Shown here: positions 13,281 to 25,441 of the stretch, piece by piece
Layout: every line of letters begins with the position of its first letter
How positions within the stretch are numbered: position 1 is the first letter of the stretch
Assembly: GCF_044704955.1 (NCBI RefSeq)
Contig: NC_091989.1
Coordinates: 147,498,001 to 147,562,000, forward strand
Direction of reading: 5' to 3'
Source: Pristiophorus japonicus
Lineage: Eukaryota
DNA: 64,000 bases
Program-made: the position numbers and the translations under genes
Notes under the pieces: model-generated
Database searches by the model: none
What the model saw: only the letters and a program-made list of their open reading frames with translations
Told to the model about the DNA's origin: nothing

Positions 13281-14454
13281 ATGGGGGCCCCGATATGTCA
13301 GGAGCCAGTAATCCTGGCTGTTATATTTATATGGCATCGAGCTGGAAGAAGGCTTATTGATGATCATTTGCAACGTAATCGAAGAGCTCGCAGACATATG
13401 GGGAGGAGGCCTTACTCCCCACGAGTTTACAGGGAACATCGTTAATACCTCCAGCTCTGTGAGGCACAGTGCATTAGAAGACTGCGCTTCTGAAAAGATG
13501 TGATCATAGAGCTCATACAGGCAGACCTGCAGCCTACTAGCGGCAACAGGACTGCACTGCCCGTCGAAATGAAGGTGTGGCACTTGCCTTCTATGCCTCC
13601 GACTCCTTTCAGGCATCAGCGGGGGACATATGCTCCATCTCGCAGCACCCTACACATTCTGCATTCGTCAAGTGACTATGGCACTGTACACACGCAGGAT
13701 GGACTTCATAAGCTTCCCAATGATCAAGGAAACCCAAAATGAGAGGGCTGTAGGTTTTGGACGATTTGCTGGCTTCCCCAAGGTTCAGGGTGCCCCTGTA
13801 TGCACATTGCCCTGTGAGTACCTTTACAGAATCCAGAGGTTTACTGATACCAAAAGTGATTCCATTCCATGAACATAGAGATCGTCTGTGATCATACTCA
13901 GTGCATCATGGCATTCAATGCTCAATATCCAGGGAGCATCCATGATGCTTTCATCTTGCATGAGAACAGTGTCTCACATGTGTTCCAGCATCAGCCACAA
14001 GGCGAGAGCTGGATGTTGGGGGACAATGATTACGGCCTCACCACCTGACTCACGACCCTCCTCCGGAACCCTCAGACAGAAGCCGAGCATCGCTATAATG
14101 AGAGCCATGCAGCCACATACAACATCATCAAACAGACAATTGGAGTGCTCAACCAGCGCTTCCGATGCTTGGACCACTCTGGAGGCTGTCTGCAATACAT
14201 CCCTCAGCAGGTCTCAATTCATTGTGCAGTGCTGCATGTTATACAACTTAGCCATCAATGGGGACTGCAGGACCACCTCAGGAGAAGGGGGGTGGGGGCG
14301 GGGGAGGAGGAGGAGTGGATGAGGAAGAGGAGCCTGGCGAGGAACAAATGCCACCACCACCACCATCCCCACCACAACCACAGGGGAGGCATCATGGAAA
14401 TTTTGCCACCGCAAAAGACTTACGTCAGCAGTTCATAATTGACCGCTTTACTTG
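13281..14454 (+). pseudogene. Harbinger DDE transposase (HARBI1-like) pseudogene, element A
   Basis: DFISFPM, GFGRFAGFPKVQGA, LNQRFRCLDHSGGCLQY, acidic C-terminus ..LRQQFIIDRFT; many frameshifts. Confidence 0.88.
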
Positions 14455-14829
14455 AAGAGTGAACGGCACGTTTGACCGTTGCCTGGCCACTCTATCCCAC
14501 CATGTTGATTATTCCCCCTCTTGTTCTGCAAATGAGACACTACACAGGAATGGTTAAGGTGAACAAAATAATTTATTAATCATTGTAAACTTTAATAAAA
14601 TAACATAAATTAGCTGCATCCAGCAGTGCGATAATTCAACATTATGAACATAAATCAGAACATAATAAAACATAGGAATCATCTAGCATCAACAACGTAA
14701 ATGCAGCAATGCCTGCCCCACTATCTTTTATCAGCGGCTTTCCCCCACCCCTTACCCTTATCTCCCTCCCTTGCCTGCTGCTCCTAACCCAAGAGGTACC
14801 AAGATGTCATGAAGCAACGTTGTCAGAGC

Positions 14830-16767
14830 ACTGAGGTGGTGGCAGGTAGCATGCTGCGGGATGGAGTCGAGAACACTCGAGTCAAAGGCAGAATCTCGAT
14901 TGAGGATATCTTCGAAGTGCTCCTTCCAGCGGGCCCTGACTGCCTCGGTGTCCTTGATGAGTGTTTCCCCATTCTTGGCCAGCAGTGGGGTGGAGCCTTG
15001 GGTGTTTGGACCGCAGATGGCCTTGACTACGATGAAGAATCCTCGCACATCATGACTGTTGGCCAGTTGCTGTATTTCCTGTGCTTTCTCCATCCACCAC
15101 CTGTTCTTTAGGTCCCGAGTTTTTTGTTGGACCTCGGCCTTAAGCTGTCTGTAATGTTGCCTTGCTGCTCCCGAGTTGGGTTGTTGCTTTAAGTTCAGAA
15201 ATGCACTTGCGATCTATTAGCCTTTGGATCTCCTGGTCATTCTCGTCAAACCAGCCCTGGTGTTTCCTGGTTGAGTGACCGAGCGTCTCTTCGCAGGCAC
15301 TGGTTATGGAGGCCTGGAGGGCAGACTAAGCGCTGTGGGCATTCCGCGTCTTGGGGTTATCATCTTTTTACAGTGCAACAGCTGCAGGAAAAATGCAGGG
15401 AACAGCACCAGCCTTTATACATGGCCTTCTTCGACCTTACAAAGGCCTTTGACACTGTCAACCGCGAGGGTCTATGGAGCCTACTCCTCCGTTTCAGATG
15501 CCCCCAAAAGTTCGTCACCAACCTCCGCCTACTCCACAACGACATGCAGGCTGTGATCCTTACCAATGGATCCATTAACAGACTCAATCCACGTACGGAC
15601 TGGGGTCAAATGGGGCTGCGTCATCGCTCCAACCCTCTTCTCAATCTTCCTTGCTGCCATGCTCCACCTCAGTCAACAAGCTCCCCGCTGGAGTGGAACT
15701 AAACTACAGAACCAGTGGGAACCTGTTCAACCTTCGTCGTCTCCAGGCCAGGTCCAAGACCACTGCACCCTCTGTTGTCGAGCTACAGTACGCGGACAAT
15801 GCCTACGTCTGCGCACATACAGAGGCTGAACACCAAGTCATGGTCAACGTATTTACTGAGGCGTATAAAAGCATAGGCCTTACGCTAAACACTCGTAAGA
15901 CAAAGGTCCTCCACCAAGCTGTCCCTGCCGCACAGCACTGCCCCCCAGTCATCTAGATCCAAGGTTCGGACCTGGACAACATGAACCAGTCCCATACCTC
16001 AGGAACCTCTTATCAACAAGAGCAGACACTGACGACGAGATTCAACACCACCTCCAGTAAGCCAGTGCAGCCTTCGGCCGCCTGAGGAAAAGAGTGTTCG
16101 AAGACCAGGCCCTCAAATCTACCACCAAGCTCATGGTCTACAGGGCTGAAGTAATACCCACCTTCCTGTATGGTTCAGAGAAGTGGACCATGTACAGTAG
16201 ACACCTCAAGTCACTGGAGAAATACCACCAACGATGTCTCCGCAAGATCCTGCAATATCCCTGGGAGGACAGATGCACCAATGTTAGCGTCCTTGACCAG
16301 GCCAACATCCCCAACATTGAAGCACTGACCACACTTGATCAGCTCTGCTGGGCAGGCCACATTGTTCACAGGCCAGAAACAAGACTCCCAAAGCAAGCGC
16401 TCTACTCCGAACTCCTTAACGACAAATGAGCCAGAGGTGGGCAGAGGAGGCATTACAAGGACACCCTCAAAGATTTACTGATAAAGTGCAACATCCTCAC
16501 TGACACCTGGGCCAAAGACCGCCCTGTGTGGAGGAAGTGCATCCAGGAGGACGCTGAGCACCGAGTCTTATCGCCAAGAGCATGCAGAAATCAAGTGCAG
16601 ATAGCGGAAAGAGCGTGCAGCAAACCAGTCCCGCCCACCCTTTCCCTCAACGACTGTCCCACCTGTGACAGGGACTGTGGTTCTCATGTTGGACTGTTCA
16701 GACACCTAAGGACTCATTTTTAGAGTGGAAGCAAGTCTTCCTCGATTCTGAGGGACTACCTATGATG
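14830..16767 (+). mobile_element. RTE LINE with inverted 5' segment (~14830-15350 on -, ~15360-16767 on +)
   Basis: - part: KAQEIQQLANSHD..RWKEHFEDILN. + part: QLQEKCREQ..FFDLTKAFDTVNR, ELQYADN, WAGHIV, tail tatgatg. Confidence 0.88.
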
Positions 16768-17073
16768 TGTTAGGGGGAGAGACAATGGAAATGCCGCTTG
16801 AGGACACACTTTACCAGCTTGTAGCGTGGCAGGCCCGGCTCCTGACCAGCAAGCCTCTTAATCAGCTGATCTGTAAACTCGTCCTCTTCTTCCTCCTCCT
16901 CCTCACGGTGGCCTGACATGGAGTGTTGCTTTGAGGGATGCTGCGGCTGTGGCTGGTCACCTCAAAGTAGAAAGCAACAAACGAGTTGTTAGCAGCAGGG
17001 GAAGGGGTAGGATGACCTGAGGAAGGTCGCATAACACAGGCTCATTTGAAGGAGCGCCGCTACTCTATTATAT

Positions 17074-17439
17074 CTAGTCCACAGACACTGCATGACATTG
17101 CCCCAACCCTAGTCCACAGACACTGCATGACATTGCCCCAACCCTAGTCCACAGACACTACATGACATTGCCCCAACCCTAGTCCACAGACACTGCATGA
17201 CATTGCCTCAACTCTAGTCCACAGACATTGCATGACATTGCCCCAACTCTAGTCCACAGACACTGCGTGACATTGCCCCAACCCAAGTCCACAGACACTG
17301 CATGACATTGCCCCAACTCTAGTCCACAGACACTGCGTGACATTGCCCCAACCCTAGTCCACAGACACTGCATGACATTGCCCCAACCCTAGTCCACAGA
17401 CACTGCATGACATTGCCACAACCCTAGTCCACAGACACT
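17074..17439. repeat. 35-bp minisatellite, ~10.5 copies
   Basis: Unit ctagtccacagacactgcatgacattgccccaacc repeated head-to-tail with few substitutions. Confidence 0.95.
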
Positions 17440-18404
17440 CCATCACTCCAGCCCAGTGGGTGTGCAGGACTTACCCTCAGTATCCAAGCAGGGGTAAGCA
17501 CCCACAGTGGCGTTGTCCGACCTGAGACGCCGATGAGGCCTGCCACTCGCTACTCAAGGTCGGTGAGTGGACTGCCGCCTGTCTTCACCTGCTCGTGCCG
17601 ATTATGAGACTTCTTTGCCTGCAAAGATGAAAATGGGAATGGTTACAAGAGGGTTCATCTGCTCAGATAGCCACCAAAGTACTTATACCATATTGTCTGA
17701 ATGTAATACAGTCCTCTATTTAATGACCTTGGAATTTGCACGTGGTTCATTAGGAGGACATCGAAGTGTGGAGATATCTTATGAGATCTCAGAAAGCAAT
17801 TTTAATAATGTGTAAAGATCATTTATGGCAAATAGGGTGCCAAACTAAGCCGACCTGTGTGTCATGCATTTTAGGAGGCAACCCGCAGAGTGCTGAGAGG
17901 CAGCAACAGCATGAGAACAAATAGTGTGTCAGATTTATAATTGAAATAATGAAGGAGTACATGAATAAAAATTGTACTCACTCTAACGACCCTCGAAAGA
18001 TCATTGAATTTTTTTTCGGCATTGTGTGCCTTTCCTGACCACTGAGGCAGAGACCTCCGCAGCTATTTCTCTCCATGTGCATTTAAACATGGATGGCAGG
18101 GGTCTAGATCTGCCACAGCCCCCACTAGAGATTCGTTAGCCTCCTGGCTAAATCGCCTGGCAGGCTGTCTCGACTCCTCGTTCTCCATGATCAAAATCCA
18201 ATTTAAAAATGGCTGATTCAGCCCTGGGTGTACTGTGCATGCGTGTGGCCGTGCCCTGCATTTGCATTTGTGATATCTGACAGCAGACCAGAAGAAAAAA
18301 ACCATTTGCACATGCTCAGAACGCAACGGCCACCACACATTAAAAAAAATCCACGCACGGGCATCTTTCACCTCCTCAATTGGAGTTCAGGACTAGAACA
18401 TCGG

Positions 18405-18482
18405 GTCCTTCATTGAAACATCTGAGAACTCTTGTGGAAGCAAATCATCCTCATTCGAGGGACCGCCTATGATGATGATGAT
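18405..18482 (+). mobile_element. Very short RTE 3'-end insertion
   Basis: gtggaagcaaatcatcctcattcgagggaccgcctatgatgatgatg matches the RTE 3' ends at 16725-16767 and 29695-29747. Confidence 0.75.
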
Positions 18483-19838
18483 TTTTTTTTAGTGCCGAAC
18501 CTTTAGCTCCGGCGCACAAATTGTGTGGTGCAACGCCAGAGTTAGCGCTAACGCTTCTCATGAACCTTCATTTGGCGAAAGTTGCACTCTCTGGTGCCAA
18601 TGTTAACCCGGTTCTAAATTTTTGAATCTGCTGCGAATTGCGACCAGAAACGGGGGAAAACGCAAAAAGCCGAAAATCCAACCCATAAGTTTCACGGGCA
18701 TTCGCTGGGCAGTAGTTCAGCAAATAGCCCAACTCTTCGCCAGCAAATGTCAATTACTTGGGGCTGCAGTGGATTTTCGCGCAGGTGCACTGTACGCGGA
18801 AACCCCGAACTTGCGGGGCACTTACGACCACCTACACGGTCATAGGCCCAGGAAAATCCAGGCCAATAACTTTGATTTTGAAGTCATGAAATAAATCATT
18901 AAGATTCATATAAGTGTGCTGCTGCTTTTTGCATGTGTTCTTTGCTTCCCTATTCTGTTCCATCACCCAAAATTAGTCACCACTGCATTGACAAGATCAC
19001 CTGATGTGAACGGCAAGGCCACCAGCTTTGAGCCAGCAGCAGGAATTTGACTAGTAACATAGAAACATAGAAAATAGGTGCAGGAATAGGCCATTCAGCC
19101 CTTCGAGCCTATCGGCTGTAAGGCTGTAGGGCTATGTTATGGAAGGAGTCATGAGCAGAGAAGCCTGGGCTGGCTTTAGGAATTGGAACAGAAAAACAGC
19201 AGGACCTCAGCAAGGCACATAACATTAAACAAAGAATCATTTTGAAAAGATCAACTTTAAAAACAACCTGCAGTAACTAACCCATAAATCTCAGCTGAAA
19301 GCAAATGGCAGGCATATTTCAATCTATTGCTAATCTGGAGCAATCGCCAGTGCCCAATGGAGAAAGTAAAACAACTCAATTCAAGTACTACATGGAGTAG
19401 CTGAAAGAAAATTTAAATAGTATATTGGACCATTCTCTGCCATTTTAACCCCTTTAATGATATAATAAAAGCAAAGTTTAACAATCTTCATAATTGAAGA
19501 TTAAAAATAACTCAATCCTGCTGAATGTTCAAAATTAATTTCATATGTGAGTTTAAAAAGTCTAAATTGTTCTTATTATTTAAATGTATATTGCAACTAG
19601 CATATAAAAACATTTTATGGTAATCCTAAAAACAATAGTTAAATTTTTACTGAAACATCTTGAAATAATAAAAATAACTTTTGAATGGAAATTACACAAA
19701 TTCTAAATAATACTGTTCTACCAATTGAACTGTTGGTAACTGTTTAGGTGGTAATCAGAAGGCATGGGGATAGCCCTGAGGAGACCGGTTTTATTCTGAA
19801 GAAGAATTAATTAGCAAGTCTAATAGAAAAGCCATATA

Positions 19839-20431
19839 GGGCTAAAAATTCGCCAACTTTGTGCCTGGTTTTTCGGCGATATTTCACCATTTTTGGCAGA
19901 AAACGGTGCAGCGGAAAATTCGGAGAAGTCTTGCGGCAGCGGTTTTTAAATACCGCTGGGGAGAGGACCATCGCCGTGCAAGACTCAAAGTAGCGCTCGC
20001 GCCAAAAATTTGGCTCAGCGTGCACCCGTATTCTGCGTGAAAAAACCTGCCAGGAAAAACCTGCATTGCAGTCCTTGGAACAGCGGTAGTTATGAAGACC
20101 TGCAAAAAAAGTAAGTTAAAGTTTTTATTTTTTTATTCATTTTCAGCGATTCGATACTTAAGTTTCTTGTGAATGTTTTGTGATGTTTTATTTTTTGTTT
20201 TTTGCAATTTTTGGGGGGTGTTTTCCCCCCTCCCAAGGCCTCTCTCGCAGCGGTATCGGCCTGAGTAAAGTTGCAGAAAATTTGCGATTTGCGCCACGAA
20301 TCCTCGTGCAATGCCGATTTTTACCGCTGCACAAATTGAAGCCCGAATATTAGGCCTCGTAGCGGTGCAGAGTGAAAGTGGTATTTTTAGCGAAAAAATA
20401 CCGCTTTCACCTAAAAACGAACTTCTAGCCC
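19839..20431. mobile_element. Harbinger-type MITE (593 bp)
   Basis: TIRs gggctaaaaattcg / rc gggctagaagttcg, 3-bp TSD ATA/ATA, CpG-rich, non-coding. Confidence 0.85.
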
Positions 20432-20475
20432 ATAATGTGTCAAACTATTGACGATCCAGCAAATGCTTAAAAAAA

Positions 20476-21030
20476 TCATCATCATAGGCAGTCCCTCGGA
20501 ATCGAGGAAGACTTGCTTCCACTCTTAAAATGAGTCCTTAGGTGGCTGAACAGTCCAATACAAGAGCCACAGTCCCTGTCACAGATGGGACAGATAGTCG
20601 TTGAGGGAAAGGGTGGGTGGGACAGATTTGCCGCACGCTCTTTCCGCTGCCTGTGCTTGATTTCTGCATGCTCTCGGCGATGAGACGCGAGGTGCTCAGC
20701 GCCCTCCCAGATGCACTTCCTCCACTTAGTACGGTCTTTGGCCAGGGACTCCCAGGTGTCGGTGGGGATGTTGCACTTTATCAGGGAGGCTTTGAGGGTT
20801 TCCTTGTAACGTTTCCTCTGCCCACCTTTGCCGTGAAGGAGTTCTGAGTAGAGCGCTTGTTTTTGGAGCCTCATGTCTGTCATGCGGACAATGTGGCCTG
20901 CCCAGCGGAGCTGACCAAGTGTGGTCAGTGCTTCAATGCTGGGGATGTTGGTCTGGTCGAGGACGCTAATGTTAGTGCATCTGTCCTCCCAGGGGATTTG
21001 TAGGATCTTGGAGACATCATAGGTGGTACT
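20476..21030 (-). mobile_element. RTE LINE 3' fragment
   Basis: KQALYSELLHGKGGQRKRYKETLKASL..CPICDRDCGSCIGLFSHLRTH; catcatcat tail. Confidence 0.9.
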
Positions 21031-21688
21031 TAAGCAAGATCAGTGGAAATATGAAGATTTTGTGATGGTAGTTTTACGAACATACGATCATAAGCGTGTA
21101 TAAGACAGGAAGATATGATTGTGAAAAATGCCATATGTTACCCCTCAATCTTTCTTTGCCAAATATTATCCAGTTCTCCTTTGAATTTGCCATCCCAGTT
21201 CCCATTGGTACTGCATATTCACCACTTCCTGTGTTGATCAGCTAAACTGCATATTCACCTTCCCTGTTATGAACTTGAGCCCAATATTGGCAACAAATCA
21301 GTTAAAATCAATGTTTGGTTTGCTGTAGAGTACATATATGGTTCTCATGCTGAGCACATGGTAGAAATGTACTGAGTACTGTTAGACTAAAGTAGTTACA
21401 AATCATTAACTCATATTTAACAGGGCTGAGCACATAAATCAAAACATAAAATGCTGGAAATACTCAGCAGGTCAGGCAGCATCTTTGGAATGAGAAACAG
21501 AGTTAAGAGCCAAAATTTTCACTTGGAATTGAGTGTGGGTTTGCGAGCGGGTGGGCAGTTAAAAGCACTGAAATTGACAAAGCGTCAGAAATCTGCTTTC
21601 ATCCCGCCGACTTCCGCCTTTAAATCTGGTGCGTTTCTCAGCGTGCCAGAGACCCGCTCGTAAGAGGCGGTCAACCTAATTTAAGTAT

Positions 21689-21904
21689 TGTTAAGTTCAG
21701 AATAAATTCACAGGACTATATCGCAAGCTCAAACTGTTGTGACCTTGGTCTCTTTATTCAGACTCTAGAGTGAGGAAGCAGCATGGTGAATCACCTTTTA
21801 TACCTGCTTGCCCCAGGGTGCACAGGTGACCCTTGGGTCTCCCACAGGTGTGCCCCCTAGTGGCAAGTCTTACATTTGGGTAAGGTCTACATACATACAT
21901 AACA
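21689..21904. mobile_element. Solo LTR (216 bp) related to the Mag/Gypsy LTRs
   Basis: TGTTA...TAACA termini, exact 5-bp TSD AGTAT, shared motifs (caagctcaaa, gtgacctt, ctttatt, ccctagtgg). Confidence 0.85.
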
Positions 21905-22217
21905 AGTATTTTAGAGGTTGTTAACAGACTATCAACAGGCTTTTTAATGTGATGTTACAGCTTTTACTGGGTGTGCATAGGATTCATGGGCTTCCTGAAA
22001 CTTGCCTGTCAAAGCAAGGCGAGAGCTGAGCAGCTATTGTCTGAGTTGAACAATTGACATTTGAAACAATAACATACTCACACCTGCTTCCTTGCCTAAG
22101 GGAAAGGGTCTTGGTGACATCATTGATGCAGAGAATTTGCTTTCAGGAGTTTTCAGGTGAGTTACTCTCACCACATTGGAGGATTGTGCCTCTGATCTCC
22201 ACCTTATCAGATCAGCA

Positions 22218-23359
22218 TGGGTGTTGCTAATGCTGTTTCACCTTAGACCTCAGATTCGGACCAAGATGAGCCCTAGCATCTACAACACCAGCAACAGCAG
22301 CAGTCTTCACCTCACTGACCTGCTGCTCCACAGAAGAGAGGGGATGAGCAGTGGAGTGCACCTCATTGGGGGCAATACTGCAACACAGGGTGTATAGCAG
22401 AGGATGAGCTTCCTGGACATGACAACAGCAATACCTCAGGAGGCTCAGACTATCGCGTCAGATTGTGGCAGACATTTGTAGCTTGCTGGAAGAGGACCTG
22501 CTGCCAAGTGGATCTGGTGGACACGCCTTTATCAGTGGTTGTCAAAGTCACCACCACCCTCAATGTCTTCATCTCAGGCCCCTTCCAGCAATCTGCAGCA
22601 GGCATTTCCAGGAGCTTGCAGCCAGTCGCACACAGATGCATCACCCAGGTGACTGATGCTAAGTTTCACAAGTCCGCCACTTATGTGCACTTTGCCACTG
22701 ATGAAGCCAGTGTGACTGAGTGAGCGCTCGACTTTGCGGCTCTGGCTGGCTTCCCACAGGTGCAGGGTGTCTTCAACTGCACATATGTGCCCATCAAGGC
22801 ATCCCAGATTACCCACGAATGTTCGTGAACCGTAAAGGCTTCCACTCCCTCAATGTGTAGCTCATCTGCAACCATAAAAATATCATGCATATGTGTGCCA
22901 GATTCCCAGAGAGCTGTCATGACTCTTTCGTCCTGTGCCAGTCCACCCACCCTCAGCGCTATGCACCTCCAAACAGACTTACCAGCTGGCTGTTTGGAGA
23001 CAAGGGCTATCCAATGAAGACATGGCTGATGACACCCTTGAGGAGGCCAAACAATGAGGCCAAGGAGCGCGAGAATCACGGCCAGATGTGTAATAGAGCA
23101 AGCAATCAGGATGCTGAAGATGCGCTTCAGATGTTTGGACAGTTCTGGAGGAGCCATGGTCTCCAGAATGATATTTGTATGCTGCGTGCTAGACAACATA
23201 GCGCAGCAGTGAGGACTGGAGCTGCAGGAGGAGCAAGGCGCAGAGCACACAGCCTCCTCGGAGAATGAGGAGGAACTTGAGGTGGAGATGGCATCAGCAG
23301 CGGCGCACATTGCTGCGCAGGAAGCCCAGGATGGACTCATAATGGCCCGATTTAGTTAA
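22218..23359 (+). pseudogene. Harbinger transposase pseudogene, element B
   Basis: [66 protein letters not shown]. Confidence 0.88.
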
Positions 23360-23607
23360 GTTGCACCAGTGCACCCATACGATACCCAGATGCTGAACCA
23401 AATTCCCCCCGACCCCCAAAACCACAAAGCAGTCCTAAAATGACCAAACCATTCTTATCATATACACACCCATTACTTGAGGTTAAGTAATGTCTTACCA
23501 TTTACTTCAACTGATAAGACCACTTCCCAGGTGGCAGGCAAAAATGGATAAAATGGGAAAGTGATGCAAATAAATAAATTGTTGTGGCTCATAAATACAA
23601 CTGAAAC

Positions 23608-25441
23608 TTAGCCGTCTAACATTTTGAAATACACCCATGTGCATCTACAATTGTGGCATTTTTCTTTTCCTAATACTATATGATGTGCATCCCTTGTGTC
23701 TGACTGCTGAGAGACACCTTTGGAGGACGTCCTCTGGGTTTTGGCGCCTATAAGGGCCCTGACAAAGACTGCTCCTCCTGCACCTGTGCAAGGGCAGACT
23801 CGGCCATCGGGATCAGAAGCAGCATCTGGGGCTCTGACTGAGGAGGAGGCAATGGGGGAGAAGTGGGAGCACATTAAGCTTCCATGTCCCCTCTCCCTAT
23901 CATCCCTGTTGTGGGCCACTCGCACTTCCCTGCTAACATGGAGCTGGACAGCACCTTGTTGCAAAGCAGTGGGACGATGAATGCCCAAGTCTAGGTTTGT
24001 ATCCCTCCTAGCTATGATTGCAGTAAGAGTCTGCAAGCTGTTGTTCACAGCAAGCATGTTCTTGTTTGACTGGTGTGTTTGATCCTCTATGTAGGTGGCC
24101 ACCTTCCCCATGGAAAAGCACACTGTTGCCATCGCCTGTGACATGGTGCTGCTCATGTTGGAGATGGACTCCTCCATTCTCCCTACAATCACGTACATTG
24201 CAGCTGAAAAGCTACCAGAACCTCCCGCATGTTTATTCTGCTCCTCCAAGATCATCCTCTTTGTCGACCCCCGAGGTTCAGCATTGGCATCCAACTGAGC
24301 AGAGCTTGGAGCATTCTGCACCCTCTAACGAGGACTCTCCACTGCTATCACTGTCTTCACCATCTGCTCTTGCTAACTTGTGATCTGTGAGACACCAGGT
24401 GACCACACTACTCTCTCTCACAGCACCCACCGACCTGCGCGTATCTGCGCTGGTGCTGGGTGCACATGGGTCGTGTGACGGTGCACCCTCAGAGACTGCA
24501 ACTTCCTCCTGAGGAGTCGTCTTCCTCCTCTGGCTAGATAGTGGGCCGGCTGGAGAGTAAAGACATGAATTAGAACTGTTATGATAAGATTGTTTTAAGT
24601 TACCATTATGCCCATGATCATATTTCACTGGCTGCTGATATCAAGTCGTCATGTGTGACTGTTGTATGCCATGTGTCTGTATGATATTTAATTGTGTCAC
24701 CATTTAATTGCTGGGAGGTCCCCCTCTCTCCATCTCCCACCGCCAGCAGCTCTGCAACTCCACTTATTTCCAGCGCCTCCTCTTCTGCTGCCATCAATGG
24801 AGTGGTAATTAGAGGGCTACCTCTGGTTCTCTACCTCTCCCTGGTGTTCTGCACTCTCTTCTCCTGTAAGGAGGGAAACAAGAGATCTGTAAGTGAGAGT
24901 CATGGAATGAGTAAGGGATGTATGCGCTACATCTGCAGAGGGTGACTATGAGGGGGTGGAGTGACACTGCCAAATGGCCTCTTTCTGTGGCGTTAATTTC
25001 TATGATTGCATTAGGATGAGGTTGAGTGTCAGTGGTTCATGGTCAGATGGGGATGTGAGGAGGTGCATCGACTATGAGGGATGGGTGCACCTGCAAGGTA
25101 CGTTGGTGTGATTAATGATGTGCAGAACCAGGCTTGGGAAGGCAGAGTGATAGGGTTGGGGTGACACACACATCAGGATGTAGTTGAATGGCATTGTATT
25201 CACCTTTCCTGACATTATGAGGTCATTAAATCTCTTCCTGCACTGTATCCAGGACCTGGTGATAACACTCCTGCTGCTCACTTCGTCAGCAATCTCCAGC
25301 CATGCCCTCTTGGTCTCTGTGGCTGGCCTCTTCCTCCCGTCACCAGGGAAAAGGACCTCCCTGCACGCTCTCACTCCTGGAACAAGTTTTCCAGGGAGGT
25401 GTCACTGAATTTTTGTACAGCCTTTTGGGGCTGAGCCTGCA
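23608..25441 (-). pseudogene. Harbinger Myb/SANT-like gene pseudogene (about 3 exons), element B
   Basis: REVLFPGDGRKRPATETKRAWLEIADEVSSRSVITRSWIQCRKRFNDL (trihelix Myb/SANT), then RERYRTRGSP and a low-complexity/coiled-coil last exon. Confidence 0.85.

Larger units (their letters stand above)
14750..18190 (-). pseudogene. Harbinger Myb/SANT-like DNA-binding gene pseudogene (spliced), element A
   Basis: MENEESRQPARRFSQEANESLVGAV...KKFNDLSRVVR followed by a GTGAGT donor (~17980); further exon ~17475-17620. Last exon interrupted by an RTE. Confidence 0.7.
12876..18684 (+). mobile_element. Harbinger/PIF transposon A (decayed; convergent transposase and Myb/SANT genes)
   Basis: TIRs gggctggatttttgg / rc gggttggattttcgg with a (A)TAA duplication. 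Contains both Harbinger genes. Confidence 0.88.
12328..18864. mobile_element. Non-autonomous Harbinger-type element (MITE) split by an inserted Harbinger
   Basis: Imperfect TIRs gagcttgaattt / rc ggcctggatttt flanked by a 3-bp AAT duplication. Halves at 12328-12875 and 18685-18864. Confidence 0.6.

Noticed and set aside
17074-17439. CRISPR-like array of 35-bp repeats
   Set aside because: Units are contiguous with no unique spacers, there are no cas genes, and the context is eukaryotic. It is a minisatellite.
23608-24321. 237-aa ORF as a novel host gene
   Set aside because: It lies inside Harbinger B, downstream of the Myb/SANT exons; it is the frameshifted last exon of the transposon gene.
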